From a virus (taxonomy: Duplodnaviria > Caudoviricetes): a DNA stretch of 64,000 nt. A program made the translations under genes and the position numbers. The notes beneath the pieces were generated by a model. It was given only the letters and a program-made list of their open reading frames with translations, did not search any database and had not been told where the DNA came from. The stretch covers positions 3,946 through 67,945 of the IMG/VR virus record IMGVR_UViG_3300048576_000125; one strand, given 5' to 3'. Each line of letters opens with the position of its first letter. Positions within the stretch are counted from its first letter, which is position 1. Shown here piece by piece: positions 16,220 through 24,974 of this stretch.

Positions 16220-18270
16220 AGAACCCCCTGGACTGGCACTTCGGGAGCAAGGACTGGAACGAGTACTACGGCGTGGGCAAGGGCAACCGCGCCAAGGGGG
16301 ACCGTGCGAAGCGGGCCGGCGCGGCCCTGAAGGCTGCGCTCACCAAGAAGGGCGAAGCCGTCTTCCTGGAGAAGCAGCGGAAGGAGTGGGAGGCCGCAGG
16401 CGGGAAGCTCTCGAAGGCGCAGCGCGCGGAGGATCAGGCCATGGCGCGGATCCTTCCCGGCGGCCGCGCCTTTGCGCTCAAGATCGCCCGCCCCGATGGC
16501 GGCCTGTTCGGCCCTGGGGACGTGGAGGCCTTCCGCCGGAGCGGTTGGGAGGTTCACCCCGCGGGCACGGCCCCCGCCAAGACCGGCAGCGCCCTGCCGG
16601 CGTTTCCGGAGGTGAACCCCGGAGGCACCGGCCGCGATGTCATGGTGCGGATCCTGGGCCCGGAGCTGGCGGCGCGCGCGGTGGTGATCGCCGGTCCCGA
16701 TGCCCTCACGGAAGACCAGGTGCATGCCTGGCGGCGGGCGGGCTATGACGTGAGCCCGGCGCCCAAGGCCATGCGAGAGCGCGCGGCCGTGGCGGCGAAC
16801 CCGAGCGGTGCGGAGCAGCGGAAGGTGTACGAGACGCTCAAGAAGGCCAAGAGCCCCGTGAGCGCGGAAGGCCTCGCGGCGCTTTCCAAGGTGGCCCCGG
16901 GCGAGGCCCTGGCGGCCCTCCAGCGGCTCGAAGCCCTGGGGCTGGCCCATGTGGCCGGAGCGGATCTGTTCGGGGCCCTGTGGGCGCCTGGGGCGCGGGA
17001 GCGCGGCCTGTTCGAAGGGATAGAAGCGGCGCAGCAGCCGGCGCTGGCCTTCAACCCGAACGACCACTACGACCGGGGCTCCATCACCGCATGGCTGGCG
17101 GAAACCCTGATGGATCGCGGGTGGAAGGTGGAGGGCTACCACGCGGACGATTCCGACAGCATGACGGACTACTTCAGCCCGGCGTACTGGCACGGCTTCG
17201 CGGTGCATCCGGAGCTGCCGGGCCTGGTGCTGGTGGTGGATGACCGTTCGCCGGGGCAGGAGATCCACCGGCGGGAGTTCTTTGAGGAGACGTGCAAGGC
17301 CTGCGGGGGCACCGGCCGGCGGAAGGGCATCCATCCCACGGGAACCGAGTGCCCCGCCTGCGACGGGAAGGGCACGCGGCGCAATTTCCGATGGGTCCAG
17401 GTGGGCGTTGCGCCGCACCGGCACGCCACGCCGAAGGGGAGTCTCTGGCACCTGGAGAAGGACGGGGAGCTGGTGGCGAAGGGCCGGGCCGGCTTCTCGT
17501 GGAAGGGCGCCTCGTGCCAGCCGGAAAGGAACCAGGAAGGCCTCCAGCAGCTGCTGGGGCGGATTCTGGCGGCGGTGGAGAAGGCCACGCCGAAGGCGAA
17601 GCCCGCCCGGAAGGCGGCCTCTCGCAAGGAACCCAGCCAGGCACCTGCCCGGGCACCCCGTCAGGAACCCAAGGCGGCGCTGCCGCCGGCCAGCATCCAG
17701 CGCGGCCTCTTCGGCGGCCAGCAGGCGCAGGCGGTGCATGCCCCGCGCCTCGGCATCAACCCGGGCCAGAAGCGGCCCCGTGCGGCCACGGGTCCAGCGC
17801 CGAAGAAGGACGCTGGATCCATGCGAAAGGTCCACCGATTCAACCCCACCGATGCCGCCGAGGTGGCCAAGGTCTGGAAGCTGTGGACGGGCGCGGAAGT
17901 GGGCCAGGTGCTGAAGCTCACCCTGGACCTTCCGGAGCGCGCGGAGCTGCCGGGCACGGTGGCGCTGCTGGGGCGCGTGTCGCGGCTGATCGGGCCGGAT
18001 GGGAGCTACCGGGAGTTCAAGGCCTCCGAAGCGCCCTTCATGGTCACGGATGGGAAGATGCGCCGGCTGTGGCTGCTGGGCGTGAAGCCGCAGGCCTTCG
18101 ACACGGCGGTTTCGATCATCGCCTACGTGACGCGCAAGCCGAAGTTCGGGGACCGGGGAACGGTGGAATACATCCACGCCTTCAAGGGTTCCGCCAAGGC
18201 GCGCATGAGCGGCCACGCGGGCGAGATCACGGGCACGTTCCGGCTCACGGGCCGGGGCATTGAGGGATGA
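16216..18270 (+). CDS. Multidomain NP-punctuated protein (wHTH-like, SDSMTDYF module, CxxCxGxG Zn finger, C-terminal beta domain), 684 aa
   Basis: ATGA overlap at 16216; six Asn-Pro motifs at apparent module boundaries; CKACGGTG/CPACDGKG. Confidence 0.75.
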   Translation: MKNPLDWHFGSKDWNEYYGVGKGNRAKGDRAKRAGAALKAALTKKGEAVFLEKQRKEWEAAGGKLSKAQRAEDQAMARILPGGRAFALKIARPDGGLFGPGDVEAFRRSGWEVHPAGTAPAKTGSALPAFPEVNPGGTGRDVMVRILGPELAARAVVIAGPDALTEDQVHAWRRAGYDVSPAPKAMRERAAVAANPSGAEQRKVYETLKKAKSPVSAEGLAALSKVAPGEALAALQRLEALGLAHVAGADLFGALWAPGARERGLFEGIEAAQQPALAFNPNDHYDRGSITAWLAETLMDRGWKVEGYHADDSDSMTDYFSPAYWHGFAVHPELPGLVLVVDDRSPGQEIHRREFFEETCKACGGTGRRKGIHPTGTECPACDGKGTRRNFRWVQVGVAPHRHATPKGSLWHLEKDGELVAKGRAGFSWKGASCQPERNQEGLQQLLGRILAAVEKATPKAKPARKAASRKEPSQAPARAPRQEPKAALPPASIQRGLFGGQQAQAVHAPRLGINPGQKRPRAATGPAPKKDAGSMRKVHRFNPTDAAEVAKVWKLWTGAEVGQVLKLTLDLPERAELPGTVALLGRVSRLIGPDGSYREFKASEAPFMVTDGKMRRLWLLGVKPQAFDTAVSIIAYVTRKPKFGDRGTVEYIHAFKGSAKARMSGHAGEITGTFRLTGRGIEG

Positions 18271-18278
18271 GGGATGAC

Positions 18279-19025
18279 ATGAAAACGACTGTCCATGTCC
18301 TGAACGATTCCGAGCAGAGCAAGACCGTCCGGAGGCTCCGGGCGATTGCAGGAAAGGCAGCGGGTAAGACCCGCGCCGACCTCCAGAACCTGGCCAAGGC
18401 GCTGGAGGCGAACCCCACAACCCACGCGGCGCGTCGCCGCAAACCCAAAGAAGGAGCTTCGATGGCCAAGAAGCGAACGGGTAAGCGGAGCCACAAGCGC
18501 ACCGCTCCCAAGAAGGCCAACCCCACCAGCACCCCCCGCCGCTACCGGCGGCGCCGCGCCAACCCCACCGGGGGCGGCTTCAAGGCCCGGGTGCGTTCCA
18601 TCAACTTCAAGGGCATCGCCATGAAGGGCCTGGGCACGGCCGCGGGCATGCTGGCGGGCAGCTTCATCACCCGCCAGGCGCAGCGCCTGTTCCCGGACAT
18701 GAACGCGATGATCCGCGACACGGCCGCGGGCGCGGTGGTGGCCGGTGCCGCCGTGTTCCTGGGGGGCAGCAAGGGCGGCTTCCTGGAGGACCTGGCCGTG
18801 GGCGCCGTCGCCAAGACCGTGGAGAACCTGGCCACGACGCTGGCGCCGGGCGTCTTTGCGGGCGCCGATGACGACGATTACGTCGAGGGCCTGGGCGGCT
18901 GGGATCCCGAGACGGGCCAGTGGATCCCGGACATGGGGGCCCTGGAGGAGGAGGACATGCAGGGCATCAGCTTCCTGCCCGGCACCGAGCCCAGCGGCCT
19001 GAGCAACCGGCCCCAGGGCCTGTAA
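18279..19025 (+). CDS. Arg/Lys-rich, membrane-associated putative DNA-condensing protein, 248 aa
   Basis: KRTGKRSHKR..RRYRRRRANP basic region, two hydrophobic Gly/Ala helices, acidic tail; may start at 18462. Confidence 0.7.
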   Translation: MKTTVHVLNDSEQSKTVRRLRAIAGKAAGKTRADLQNLAKALEANPTTHAARRRKPKEGASMAKKRTGKRSHKRTAPKKANPTSTPRRYRRRRANPTGGGFKARVRSINFKGIAMKGLGTAAGMLAGSFITRQAQRLFPDMNAMIRDTAAGAVVAGAAVFLGGSKGGFLEDLAVGAVAKTVENLATTLAPGVFAGADDDDYVEGLGGWDPETGQWIPDMGALEEEDMQGISFLPGTEPSGLSNRPQGL

Positions 19026-19035
19026 GGGGGCGGCG

Positions 19036-19719
19036 ATGTTCGGAGAACTTGCCGGCCGCAAGCGCAAGAAGGTCAAGCGGGCCGCCACGCAGGCGATGCC
19101 CCTTTCCACCACCAAGGGCCAGGCCGCCGCGGCCGTGATGCCCATCATTCCGGAGATTCCCACCGTGAGCACCGAAGCTCTCAAGACCATCGTGGAGCGT
19201 GACACGCAGCCCCTTTGGCACCGCCTCCAGCTGAGTGCGGGCCAGGTTCCCGGCAACAGCCGGATCCAGCTGTTCCACCTCCAGAAGAACCAGTATCCCC
19301 ACCTGACGAACCTGGAAGTGGGCGGGCAGATGCCCGAGACGGGTGAGTTCCTGATCGCGGGCATCGAGATCCGGGTGCTTCCCACCTGCGACCCGGCGGC
19401 CCTGGCGGCCTTCATTCGCAGCTGCCGCCTGGTGGCGAAGCAGGGCGCGAAGGGCTTCGAGAAGGTGAACCAGCCCGTGGTGATGTTCCCGGGGCTGGCG
19501 AAGGTGAACGCGGAGGCCGCCAGCGGTCCCGAGTTCAGCACCTCCGTGCCCGGCGGGCTCTACGTGTTCAACCCTGGCGAGGAGATCCTGCTGGCGAAGA
19601 GCCAGACCTTCGATTTCGCCTTCGAGGTGGACCCCACGGGCTTCACGATCGCGGCGGACAAGACCCTGGACGTGGTGGTGGTCCTGAAGGGCCAGAAGCG
19701 CAGCAGCCTGCCGCTGTAG
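19036..19719 (+). CDS. Candidate major capsid protein (single-jelly-roll-like), 227 aa
   Basis: Basic N-terminal arm, then about 8 alternating-hydrophobic strands ending LDVVVVLKG; strong terminator follows; fold inferred only. Confidence 0.55.
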   Translation: MFGELAGRKRKKVKRAATQAMPLSTTKGQAAAAVMPIIPEIPTVSTEALKTIVERDTQPLWHRLQLSAGQVPGNSRIQLFHLQKNQYPHLTNLEVGGQMPETGEFLIAGIEIRVLPTCDPAALAAFIRSCRLVAKQGAKGFEKVNQPVVMFPGLAKVNAEAASGPEFSTSVPGGLYVFNPGEEILLAKSQTFDFAFEVDPTGFTIAADKTLDVVVVLKGQKRSSLPL

Positions 19720-19742
19720 CGGCGGGCCTGCGGGCTGCACAC

Positions 19743-19776
19743 GGGCCCGGGGCGTGAGAGTCCCGGGCCCTTTTTC
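19743..19776 (+). terminator. Intrinsic terminator
   Basis: GGGCCCGGG-N10-CCCGGGCCC then TTTTT. Confidence 0.85.
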
Positions 19777-19790
19777 ATGGAGAGATTCCG

Positions 19791-20234
19791 ATGGCGACGA
19801 ATGCAGGAGTGAAGGGCCTGCCCCAGGTGGCCAGCTTCCGGATGAAGCTGGGCGCGGGCCAGGCCACAAGTCAGAGCCTGGAGATCACGGGGCGTCAGAA
19901 CGTGATGGTGGATCGCGTGGCGGCGTTCCTGGTGGTGGAGCCCCTGGCGGACGGGACGATGCCGAGCCGTGATGAGGTTCGGCAGGCGGAGCGGCTGGTG
20001 CGGATGCGCCTGGCGCTGGACCGCCACGACGGGCGGGTGCTGACCATCGGGGACCTGCCGGTGGCGGCCTTCAGCCAGCTGGACCAGGGCCCGGTGCCGG
20101 TGCCCCCGTTCGTGCTTCAGGGGAACGACCAGCCCACGGTGAAGGTGGACGTGCCGGCGAACCTGCTTCAGGGAAGCGCGTTCAAGTTCGGGGCGGTGCA
20201 CCTGGAGATCGTGTTCTGGGGTCAGGGGGCCTGA
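19791..20234 (+). CDS. Candidate second capsid protein (single-jelly-roll-like), 147 aa
   Basis: GGAG RBS; beta pattern with PFVLQGNDQPTVKV and terminal LEIVFWG. Confidence 0.5.
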   Translation: MATNAGVKGLPQVASFRMKLGAGQATSQSLEITGRQNVMVDRVAAFLVVEPLADGTMPSRDEVRQAERLVRMRLALDRHDGRVLTIGDLPVAAFSQLDQGPVPVPPFVLQGNDQPTVKVDVPANLLQGSAFKFGAVHLEIVFWGQGA

Positions 20235-20235
20235 C

Positions 20236-20619
20236 ATGGACATGAAGGCGCTGGAGCTGGACCCGGAAGGGCTTCAGGCGCTGTCCCTGGAGCTGACGGG
20301 GAAGCTGGGGGAAGTGCTGGCGGGGAGCGGTAGCCTGTCGGCGCAGGACCAGAGCCACGGCTGGCGGCGGTATCAGGTGCTGCGGTACTACTGCGGAAGC
20401 GGCAGCTTCGCGCGCCTGGTGAAGCTCCAGATCGTGGTGGGCGGGACGGTGCGGCACACGATCACGCCCCGGGGCGGGGACGACGAGCTGTATCTGGAGG
20501 GCCTGGTGCCGGATGGCCAGCCCCTGGAGCTGCGCATCGTGCGGGCGCCGGGCGTGGAGCCCGCGGCGCTGCCCAGCCCGTTCCCGGACGTGGACGTGTG
20601 TCTGGAAATCCACGGGTGA
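20236..20619 (+). CDS. Small beta-rich putative capsid/vertex protein, 127 aa
   Basis: Alternating strands, terminal VCLEIHG parallel to the two preceding genes. Confidence 0.45.
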   Translation: MDMKALELDPEGLQALSLELTGKLGEVLAGSGSLSAQDQSHGWRRYQVLRYYCGSGSFARLVKLQIVVGGTVRHTITPRGGDDELYLEGLVPDGQPLELRIVRAPGVEPAALPSPFPDVDVCLEIHG

Positions 20620-20623
20620 GGCC

Positions 20624-21076
20624 ATGCAGGGATTCGCGGCACTGAAGAACGTCATCGCCTCCGCGGCGCAGAAGCTGGGCATTCCGGCGGTGCTGCTGAC
20701 GGCGCAGGCAGACAAGGAAAGCAGCCTGAACCCGCGGGCGGTGTCGGCGCCGGGCAGCTCGGGGCAGCGGGGCTATGGGCTGCTCCAGCTCGAGCCCGCC
20801 ACGTTCCAGGCGCTGATGCCCGGCGGGGATCCCATGAACCCGCTGCACAACCTGCTGGCCGGGGGCAGCTACCTGAAGCAGCTGCGGGCGAAGTTCGCCA
20901 ACAGCCTGGAGCTGGCGCTGGCGGCCTACAACTGGGGCCCGGGCAACGTCACGCGCCTGGTGCGCAAGTACGGCGCCAGCTACGAGGCCATCAAGGCCCA
21001 GCTGCCGCTGGCGGTGCGCTACTACGTGTGGCGGGTACTCAATCTCGCGTCCCAATGGGCGCCCTACTGGCGGTGA
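20624..21076 (+). CDS. Soluble lytic transglycosylase (SLT), 150 aa
   Basis: ES catalytic Glu, GLLQL, AYNWG motifs. Confidence 0.9.
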   Translation: MQGFAALKNVIASAAQKLGIPAVLLTAQADKESSLNPRAVSAPGSSGQRGYGLLQLEPATFQALMPGGDPMNPLHNLLAGGSYLKQLRAKFANSLELALAAYNWGPGNVTRLVRKYGASYEAIKAQLPLAVRYYVWRVLNLASQWAPYWR

Positions 21077-21079
21077 GGC

Positions 21080-21619
21080 ATGGCCACCCCGATAGCCTTC
21101 GCGGCGCTCCAGAGCCTCATCCGGAACCTGGCGAACGCCTACCGCTACGATCCCGCCCTTCTGGCGGCGCAGGCGCATCAGGAGAGCCGTTTCGATCCTG
21201 GGGCGGTGAGCCCTGCCGGGGCGCGGGGCGTGATGCAGTTCATGCCGGCGACCTGGCGCGATTGGGGCCGAGACAAGAACCCCCACGATGCAGCGGCAAG
21301 CCTGGATGCGGGGATCCGCTACATGCAGAGCCTGCTCCAGCGGTACCACGGGGCGGAGGAGCCGCTGGCCATGGCGCTGGCGGCCTACAACTGGGGCATG
21401 GGCAACGTGGATGGGGCCATCCGGAAGGCGGGCGGCTCGGGCTTCAGCAGCGTGGCGCCCTTCCTCCCGGCGGAAACGCGGGCCTACGTGCCGGCGATCC
21501 TCGGGAGGGTGCCCTTCTACCGGGCCATCTACGGGGCGGCGAAGGTGGCCATTCCGGGGCTGGCGGTGGGGCTGCTGGGCTTCTTTGGCTTTCTCGTTTT
21601 CACGCGCCTGGTGGCGTGA
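21080..21619 (+). CDS. Lytic transglycosylase with C-terminal membrane anchor, 179 aa
   Basis: ES, GVMQFMP, AYNWG, ETRAYV motifs; C-terminal TM. Confidence 0.9.
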   Translation: MATPIAFAALQSLIRNLANAYRYDPALLAAQAHQESRFDPGAVSPAGARGVMQFMPATWRDWGRDKNPHDAAASLDAGIRYMQSLLQRYHGAEEPLAMALAAYNWGMGNVDGAIRKAGGSGFSSVAPFLPAETRAYVPAILGRVPFYRAIYGAAKVAIPGLAVGLLGFFGFLVFTRLVA

Positions 21620-21632
21620 GCAAGGAAGGAAC

Positions 21633-22064
21633 ATGAGCGAACACGCAGTATCCAACGTGGCCGTGGCCTTTTTCGCCCTGGTGCTGGACGGCCGGGAGCG
21701 GGCGGAGGCGCCCGCGGGATTCCGGGCGATCCCGCCGGGGCCGGTGCTGCTCACATCGAGCTGGGCGCGCATGTTCAACGGCGGCGGAACGGTGGTCCAG
21801 TCCGACAGCGCGGAGGCCATGCTGCGACTGATGGCCACGGGGACGGGCTACTGGGAGGAAACCTACGAGTTGGAGAAGCTGCTGGATTACAAGGGCTGGA
21901 AGGCAGGCCGCGCGGTGGTGAATCCCACGAAGACCTACCTGGCGGTGCGGGCGGAAGCCATCTCGGACGGGGAATCCCTGACGGTGGATCCGGTGGGTGT
22001 GCCAAGCCGCGGCCCGTCCATCCTGCGGCTCCTGAAGGCCACGACTTCCGACAACCAGGCTTGA
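21633..22064 (+). CDS. Hypothetical beta-rich protein, 143 aa
   Basis: AAGGAAGGA RBS; in operon. Confidence 0.65.
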   Translation: MSEHAVSNVAVAFFALVLDGRERAEAPAGFRAIPPGPVLLTSSWARMFNGGGTVVQSDSAEAMLRLMATGTGYWEETYELEKLLDYKGWKAGRAVVNPTKTYLAVRAEAISDGESLTVDPVGVPSRGPSILRLLKATTSDNQA

Positions 22065-22071
22065 GGCGACC

Positions 22072-22563
22072 ATGAGCACACAGGCAACTCTCGTTCTCGG
22101 ACTGGACGGCGTTCCGACCCAGCCCCTTCAGCCGCAGGACCTGACGTTTCTGGAGCAGGAGGCAGGGGCCGAGGCCCGGCACACGGCGCTTCTGGAGGCC
22201 CTGGGTTCCCTGAAGACTTCCTCGGGAGCGCAGCACGCGGAGCTGAAGGCGCTGCTGGCGGCGCAGCACGGGGAGCTTCTGGCGGCGTCCCAGGCCTGCA
22301 CGAAGGTCACGCGGGTGACGGTGAACCTGGCGGCGGCGCTGAACGACAGTCCCGTGGGGCTGGGCACGCTGACGCATGTGCGCACGGTGACGGTGGCGGA
22401 CCTCACGGGCGCCGTGGTCCCCACGTTGAAGATCAACGGCACGGGCGAGTTCCCACTTCCTCTCACCAAGGGCGAGATCCGGACGGGCCTGGATGCCACG
22501 AGCCTGCACGTCAGCTGCGCGGCCGGCGGCGGGCAGCTCGTGCTGGAACTGGCGGGGCGGTAG
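22072..22563 (+). CDS. Putative vertex/spike protein (short coiled coil plus beta domain), 163 aa
   Basis: Helical N-half; beta-rich C-half ending LVLELAGR. Confidence 0.55.
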   Translation: MSTQATLVLGLDGVPTQPLQPQDLTFLEQEAGAEARHTALLEALGSLKTSSGAQHAELKALLAAQHGELLAASQACTKVTRVTVNLAAALNDSPVGLGTLTHVRTVTVADLTGAVVPTLKINGTGEFPLPLTKGEIRTGLDATSLHVSCAAGGGQLVLELAGR

Positions 22564-22565
22564 CC

Positions 22566-22805
22566 ATGGGCATGCTTCGGGAAGTGCTCGAGCGTCTGAA
22601 GGATCCGGCAAGCACGGCCGGGACGGCCCGCTGGGTGGCCCTGGGCGTGCTGGCCTACGACTGCGCGGCCCGCGGGGCCTCCCTCTACAACCTGGCGGGG
22701 CTGCTGGTGCTGGCGGGGCTCCCGCACGCGCCGGGCGCCCTGGATTGGCTCCGGGGCCTGCTGCCCCCTGCGCCTCCCACCCTTCCTCCCACGGCGGCCG
22801 CATGA
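22566..22805 (+). CDS. Holin-like small membrane protein, 79 aa
   Basis: Two hydrophobic segments; follows the lysins. Confidence 0.5.
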   Translation: MGMLREVLERLKDPASTAGTARWVALGVLAYDCAARGASLYNLAGLLVLAGLPHAPGALDWLRGLLPPAPPTLPPTAAA

Positions 22806-23068
22806 GCGAAGCGATTCACTCCCTCACCTGGGCCGAGGCGGCCTTTTTCGCGTTCCTGCTGGTGCTGCTGGTGGGCATCGTGGGCTTTCTGCTGCGCACG
22901 CTCTGGAAGGGCCTCACGGATCGCGTGGCGGCCCTGGAGAAGGACCAGAAGGCCCGTGCCGAGCAAGGGGGCGTGCTCCTGGTGATCCAGAACGAGCTGG
23001 CGCACATGCGGTCCAGCATCGACCAGCTGCGGGAGGACTTCCGGGCATGCTCCAGCTGCGAACGGTGA
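22802..23068 (+). CDS. TM plus coiled-coil holin-like protein, 88 aa
   Basis: ATGA overlap; AFFAFLLVLLVGIVGFLL then heptads. Confidence 0.55.
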   Translation: MSEAIHSLTWAEAAFFAFLLVLLVGIVGFLLRTLWKGLTDRVAALEKDQKARAEQGGVLLVIQNELAHMRSSIDQLREDFRACSSCER

Positions 23069-23634
23069 ATCATCGGCTGCTGGCGGCGCTGCTGGTGGTG
23101 CTGGGCACGGCCGGCGGGTTCGTGGCGGGGAGGCTCACGGCCCATCGGAAGGTGGAGCTGCGGGTGGAGGCCGCGCCGGAGCGTCCGGAGCGGGATCTGA
23201 GCCCCAAGGGCGAGGCGCGCACGGTGCTGGTGGTGCGCACAGTGCCGGGGGTGCCTGTCGAGCCCCCCGCGGCGGTGCGGGGTCTGGGGGAGCATCTGGC
23301 CACCACGGCCACGCAGCTGCCGGCGCTGCCCGAGGGCGGGGCCTTCAACGCGGCGACCTTCGCCAGGCTGGACGGGCCACGGCTCCAGCTGCGCACGGTG
23401 GAATGGCTGGACGGGCCCGGCGGCCGCGTGGGGCTCGGGCCAGCGCGCACCGTGGAGGCGCCGTTGCGTCTGGTGCTGCCGGAGCCGCCCCGGTGGAGTG
23501 CGGCCCTCCTGGTGCCCGTGGGCGAAGGCCGGCCACGGCCGGGCGCCCTGGTGGAATGGACCCCGCGCCGCCTGGTGCTGGGGGTCGGCCACGTCCAGGG
23601 GCACAGTTTCGGGATCATCGGCGGCCGCTGGTAG
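23065..23634 (+). CDS. Spanin-like envelope protein, 189 aa
   Basis: GTGA overlap; N-terminal TM, C-terminal amphipathic beta strands ending in Trp; last gene of the lysis block. Confidence 0.4.
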   Translation: MNHRLLAALLVVLGTAGGFVAGRLTAHRKVELRVEAAPERPERDLSPKGEARTVLVVRTVPGVPVEPPAAVRGLGEHLATTATQLPALPEGGAFNAATFARLDGPRLQLRTVEWLDGPGGRVGLGPARTVEAPLRLVLPEPPRWSAALLVPVGEGRPRPGALVEWTPRRLVLGVGHVQGHSFGIIGGRW

Positions 23635-23655
23635 AGCCCTCCATCCGGCCCCCAC

Positions 23656-23682
23656 AGCCCCGCGCTCCGCGGGGCTTTTTCT
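23656..23682 (+). terminator. Intrinsic terminator ending the structural/lysis operon
   Basis: AGCCCCGCG-CTC-CGCGGGGCT then TTTTCT. Confidence 0.85.
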
Positions 23683-23905
23683 GCGCCTGGGGCCCAAGTT
23701 TGGCAGCTGGGAACAAATCAAAAAGGTTAATCAAATCACAAGGGAAAAGCACGTCCCTTGCCTCCCATAAGCCAAGCCTTATGAGGAGGTCGATTTGTTG
23801 GCAGTTGCACCACGAGCGAAACGCCTTATCCTTCCGTCCGCTCCACCCGCAGGGAAGCCCTCGCGCAGCCTGAAACCCGCACCAGATGCGGGTCAGGGAG
23901 TTTCC

Positions 23906-24829
23906 ATGCGCCGTGCCTCGCGCTTCGCCAAGCGCCAGGGCCTCACCCTCGACGATGCCCTTCAAGCATTCTTGAAGGCCATCAACGTGAAGGGGAACAC
24001 GTTCCACTGGCTATTCCAGCAGGAGAAAATCCTGTTGGCATTCATCGCTTTCAGTGAATCCAATAGCGGACTCTATTACCTTGAGGACGCAGAGCCGCAT
24101 CACATGGATGCCTATCTGGATTTCTGCAAGAACGTGCGTGGAAATGGCCAGACCACGCTTCGAAACAAAGCGATCGTCATTCGCTCCTTTGCGCTCTACG
24201 CCTTGAAGTCTGGCTTGGTACCAAGATGCCGTCTCGCGTTCAGCGAAGTGCCCGCGGACAAGGCCGCCCCGGTGGACGTGGCGGACTATGACGCCTATCT
24301 GACGGCGATCAAGGCCTATGAAGGGTCGTACCGGGATGAGTTCCTGGTTCTGCTTGGGAGTGGCATGCGCCGGGGCGAGTTGATGAACCTGCGCTTCGTG
24401 GACATCAACCTGGATGCCGGAGAGTTGTACGTCCGGCGCCGGAGAGACTGGAGCCCAAAGAACCGGAAAGACCGGATTGTGGCCCTCACGGGCGAGGCCA
24501 GGGAGGCCCTGGCGCGCATCGTGGAGCGGCGCCGGAAGCCTGGCCACATGGGCCCCTACCTGGATGAGCAGGGCAAGCCGACGCTCTATCCCACGACCCT
24601 CAGCCACGCTTGGGTGAAGTTCGTGCGGAGCATCGGTTTACCCACGCGGATCCACGCCCTACGCCATGCCCACGCCACCAAGGCCGTGAACTCCGGGGCG
24701 ATCCTCCCTGATGTCCAGGCGCAGCTGGGGCACAGCGACATCCGCGTGACGATGCGCTATGTGCGGCCCAACAGCGCCGGCCCCCGGCGTGTCATTGCCG
24801 CGATCAGCGGGGAGGACAGGAAGGGGTAG
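23906..24829 (+). CDS. int: Tyrosine integrase of the 22.6-kb element, 307 aa
   Basis: SGMRRGEL (R), SPKNRK (K), IHALRH (HxxR), LGHSD, TMRYV (Y); GGGAG RBS; points toward att. Confidence 0.92.
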   Translation: MRRASRFAKRQGLTLDDALQAFLKAINVKGNTFHWLFQQEKILLAFIAFSESNSGLYYLEDAEPHHMDAYLDFCKNVRGNGQTTLRNKAIVIRSFALYALKSGLVPRCRLAFSEVPADKAAPVDVADYDAYLTAIKAYEGSYRDEFLVLLGSGMRRGELMNLRFVDINLDAGELYVRRRRDWSPKNRKDRIVALTGEAREALARIVERRRKPGHMGPYLDEQGKPTLYPTTLSHAWVKFVRSIGLPTRIHALRHAHATKAVNSGAILPDVQAQLGHSDIRVTMRYVRPNSAGPRRVIAAISGEDRKG

Positions 24830-24838
24830 GGGGCCCCA

Positions 24839-24872
24839 AAAGGAAAACCCCCCGGGGACGACCCCCGGGGGG
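24839..24872 (-). terminator. Terminator downstream of the tRNA 3' fragment
   Basis: CCCCCCGGGG-N5-CCCCGGGGGG stem with TTTTCCTTTT on the minus strand. Confidence 0.7.
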
Positions 24873-24974
24873 CTGGGCACTGCACCTGATTGCGAACTCC
24901 GGAGACCAGTGCCCACTGAAATTTTTTAAAAGAAAAAAAGGTGCCGGTTTTTTCAACGCAGCACCCTTGTGTCA

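Noticed and set aside
16610-17770. 2A StopGo ribosome skipping at NPG motifs
   Set aside because: Lacks D(V/I)ExNPGP, and 2A skipping is not known to work on bacterial ribosomes
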